DNA from: Octopus vulgaris
Taxonomy: Eukaryota
Assembly (NCBI GenBank): GCA_951406725.2
Contig: OX597815.1
Location: 106,020,001-106,084,000 of the forward strand
DNA length: 64,000 nucleotides
Direction of reading: 5' to 3'
The translations under genes and the position numbers were made by a program. Under the pieces are notes generated by a model that saw only the letters and a list, made by a program, of their open reading frames with translations, was not told the DNA's origin and searched no databases. This document shows, piece after piece, positions 63,354 through 64,000 of the stretch (the first letter of the stretch is position 1; each line of letters starts with the position of its first letter).

Positions 63354-64000
63354 ACATATATATATGTACATATATGCCTGTCTCCCTAAATGACCTTATT
63401 CTGTCTCCCTAAATGACTTATCATCATCAATTAGCATCCATTCTCCATGCTGTCATGAGTTGGGTGGTTTGACAGGAGCCATAGAACTGCACCAGGCTCC
63501 ATTGTCCGCTTTGGCATGGTTTCTACAGCTGGATGCCCTTCCTAAAGCCAACAGAGTGTGTTGATACTTTTTAGGTGGCATCAGCTCTGGTGCTCTTTAG
63601 ATGGCATCAGAACGTGCTTTTTTTTTTGTGGCACAAACACCAGTGGGGTCACCAAATACTTGCAATACAAAGCATTCTCAGCTGTAGAGGGAGCTGGCTT
63701 TTTGTGGAGTGCTGATTGAGAGGTTAAAGAATAATAAAGTGATAGAGATAGGAGTCTTACTATAGAGGTAATGCTTGACTATCCCGGTAGGAAAAGAAAG
63801 AAGAGAGATAGTTAGAGAGAAATAGATGATGGTGGAGATGTTTCAGGACATACCTACAGTGGAGGTGAATATAAGTGGTACAGAGGGATAGAGGGAAATG
63901 TTACATAAGAGTGTAAGGGGAGATGTTTAAAGATAGGGAAGAGGTGACTGTAGCAAGATGATGGTGAAATTGGATTAGCTGTGGTAGATATGTGAGAGCA

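Noticed and set aside
63378-63418. 17-bp direct repeat CTGTCTCCCTAAATGAC (also a 15-bp repeat near 22059-22088)
   Set aside because: Simple local duplications next to LINE ends, with no sign of function.

Overview
AT-rich eukaryotic (animal) genomic DNA. The SINE, RTE-LINE and microsatellite landscape suggests an octopus or other cephalopod, but this is an inference. Two spliced + strand genes can be rebuilt with phase-consistent exons. The first is the 3' part of an MFSD12-like MFS transporter (6 exons, 4634-28570, including a GC-AG intron). The second is the 5' part of an axonemal dynein heavy chain-like gene (11 exons, 38750-61464, DHC_N1 region, continuing beyond the window), with an RFX X-box-like motif upstream. 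Introns and intergenic DNA are full of decayed mariner, Tc1 and pogo transposons, TTAA-flanked piggyBac-type MITEs, RTE, L1/Tx1 and RLE-type LINE fragments, Gypsy relics, tRNA-derived SINEs and microsatellites. The most striking object is a (TA)n-flanked, Penelope/retrozyme-like element in a dynein intron. It has a 165-bp inverted repeat that looks perfect by eye, and each arm carries a type I hammerhead ribozyme motif. All calls come from reading the sequence by eye, without database searches.
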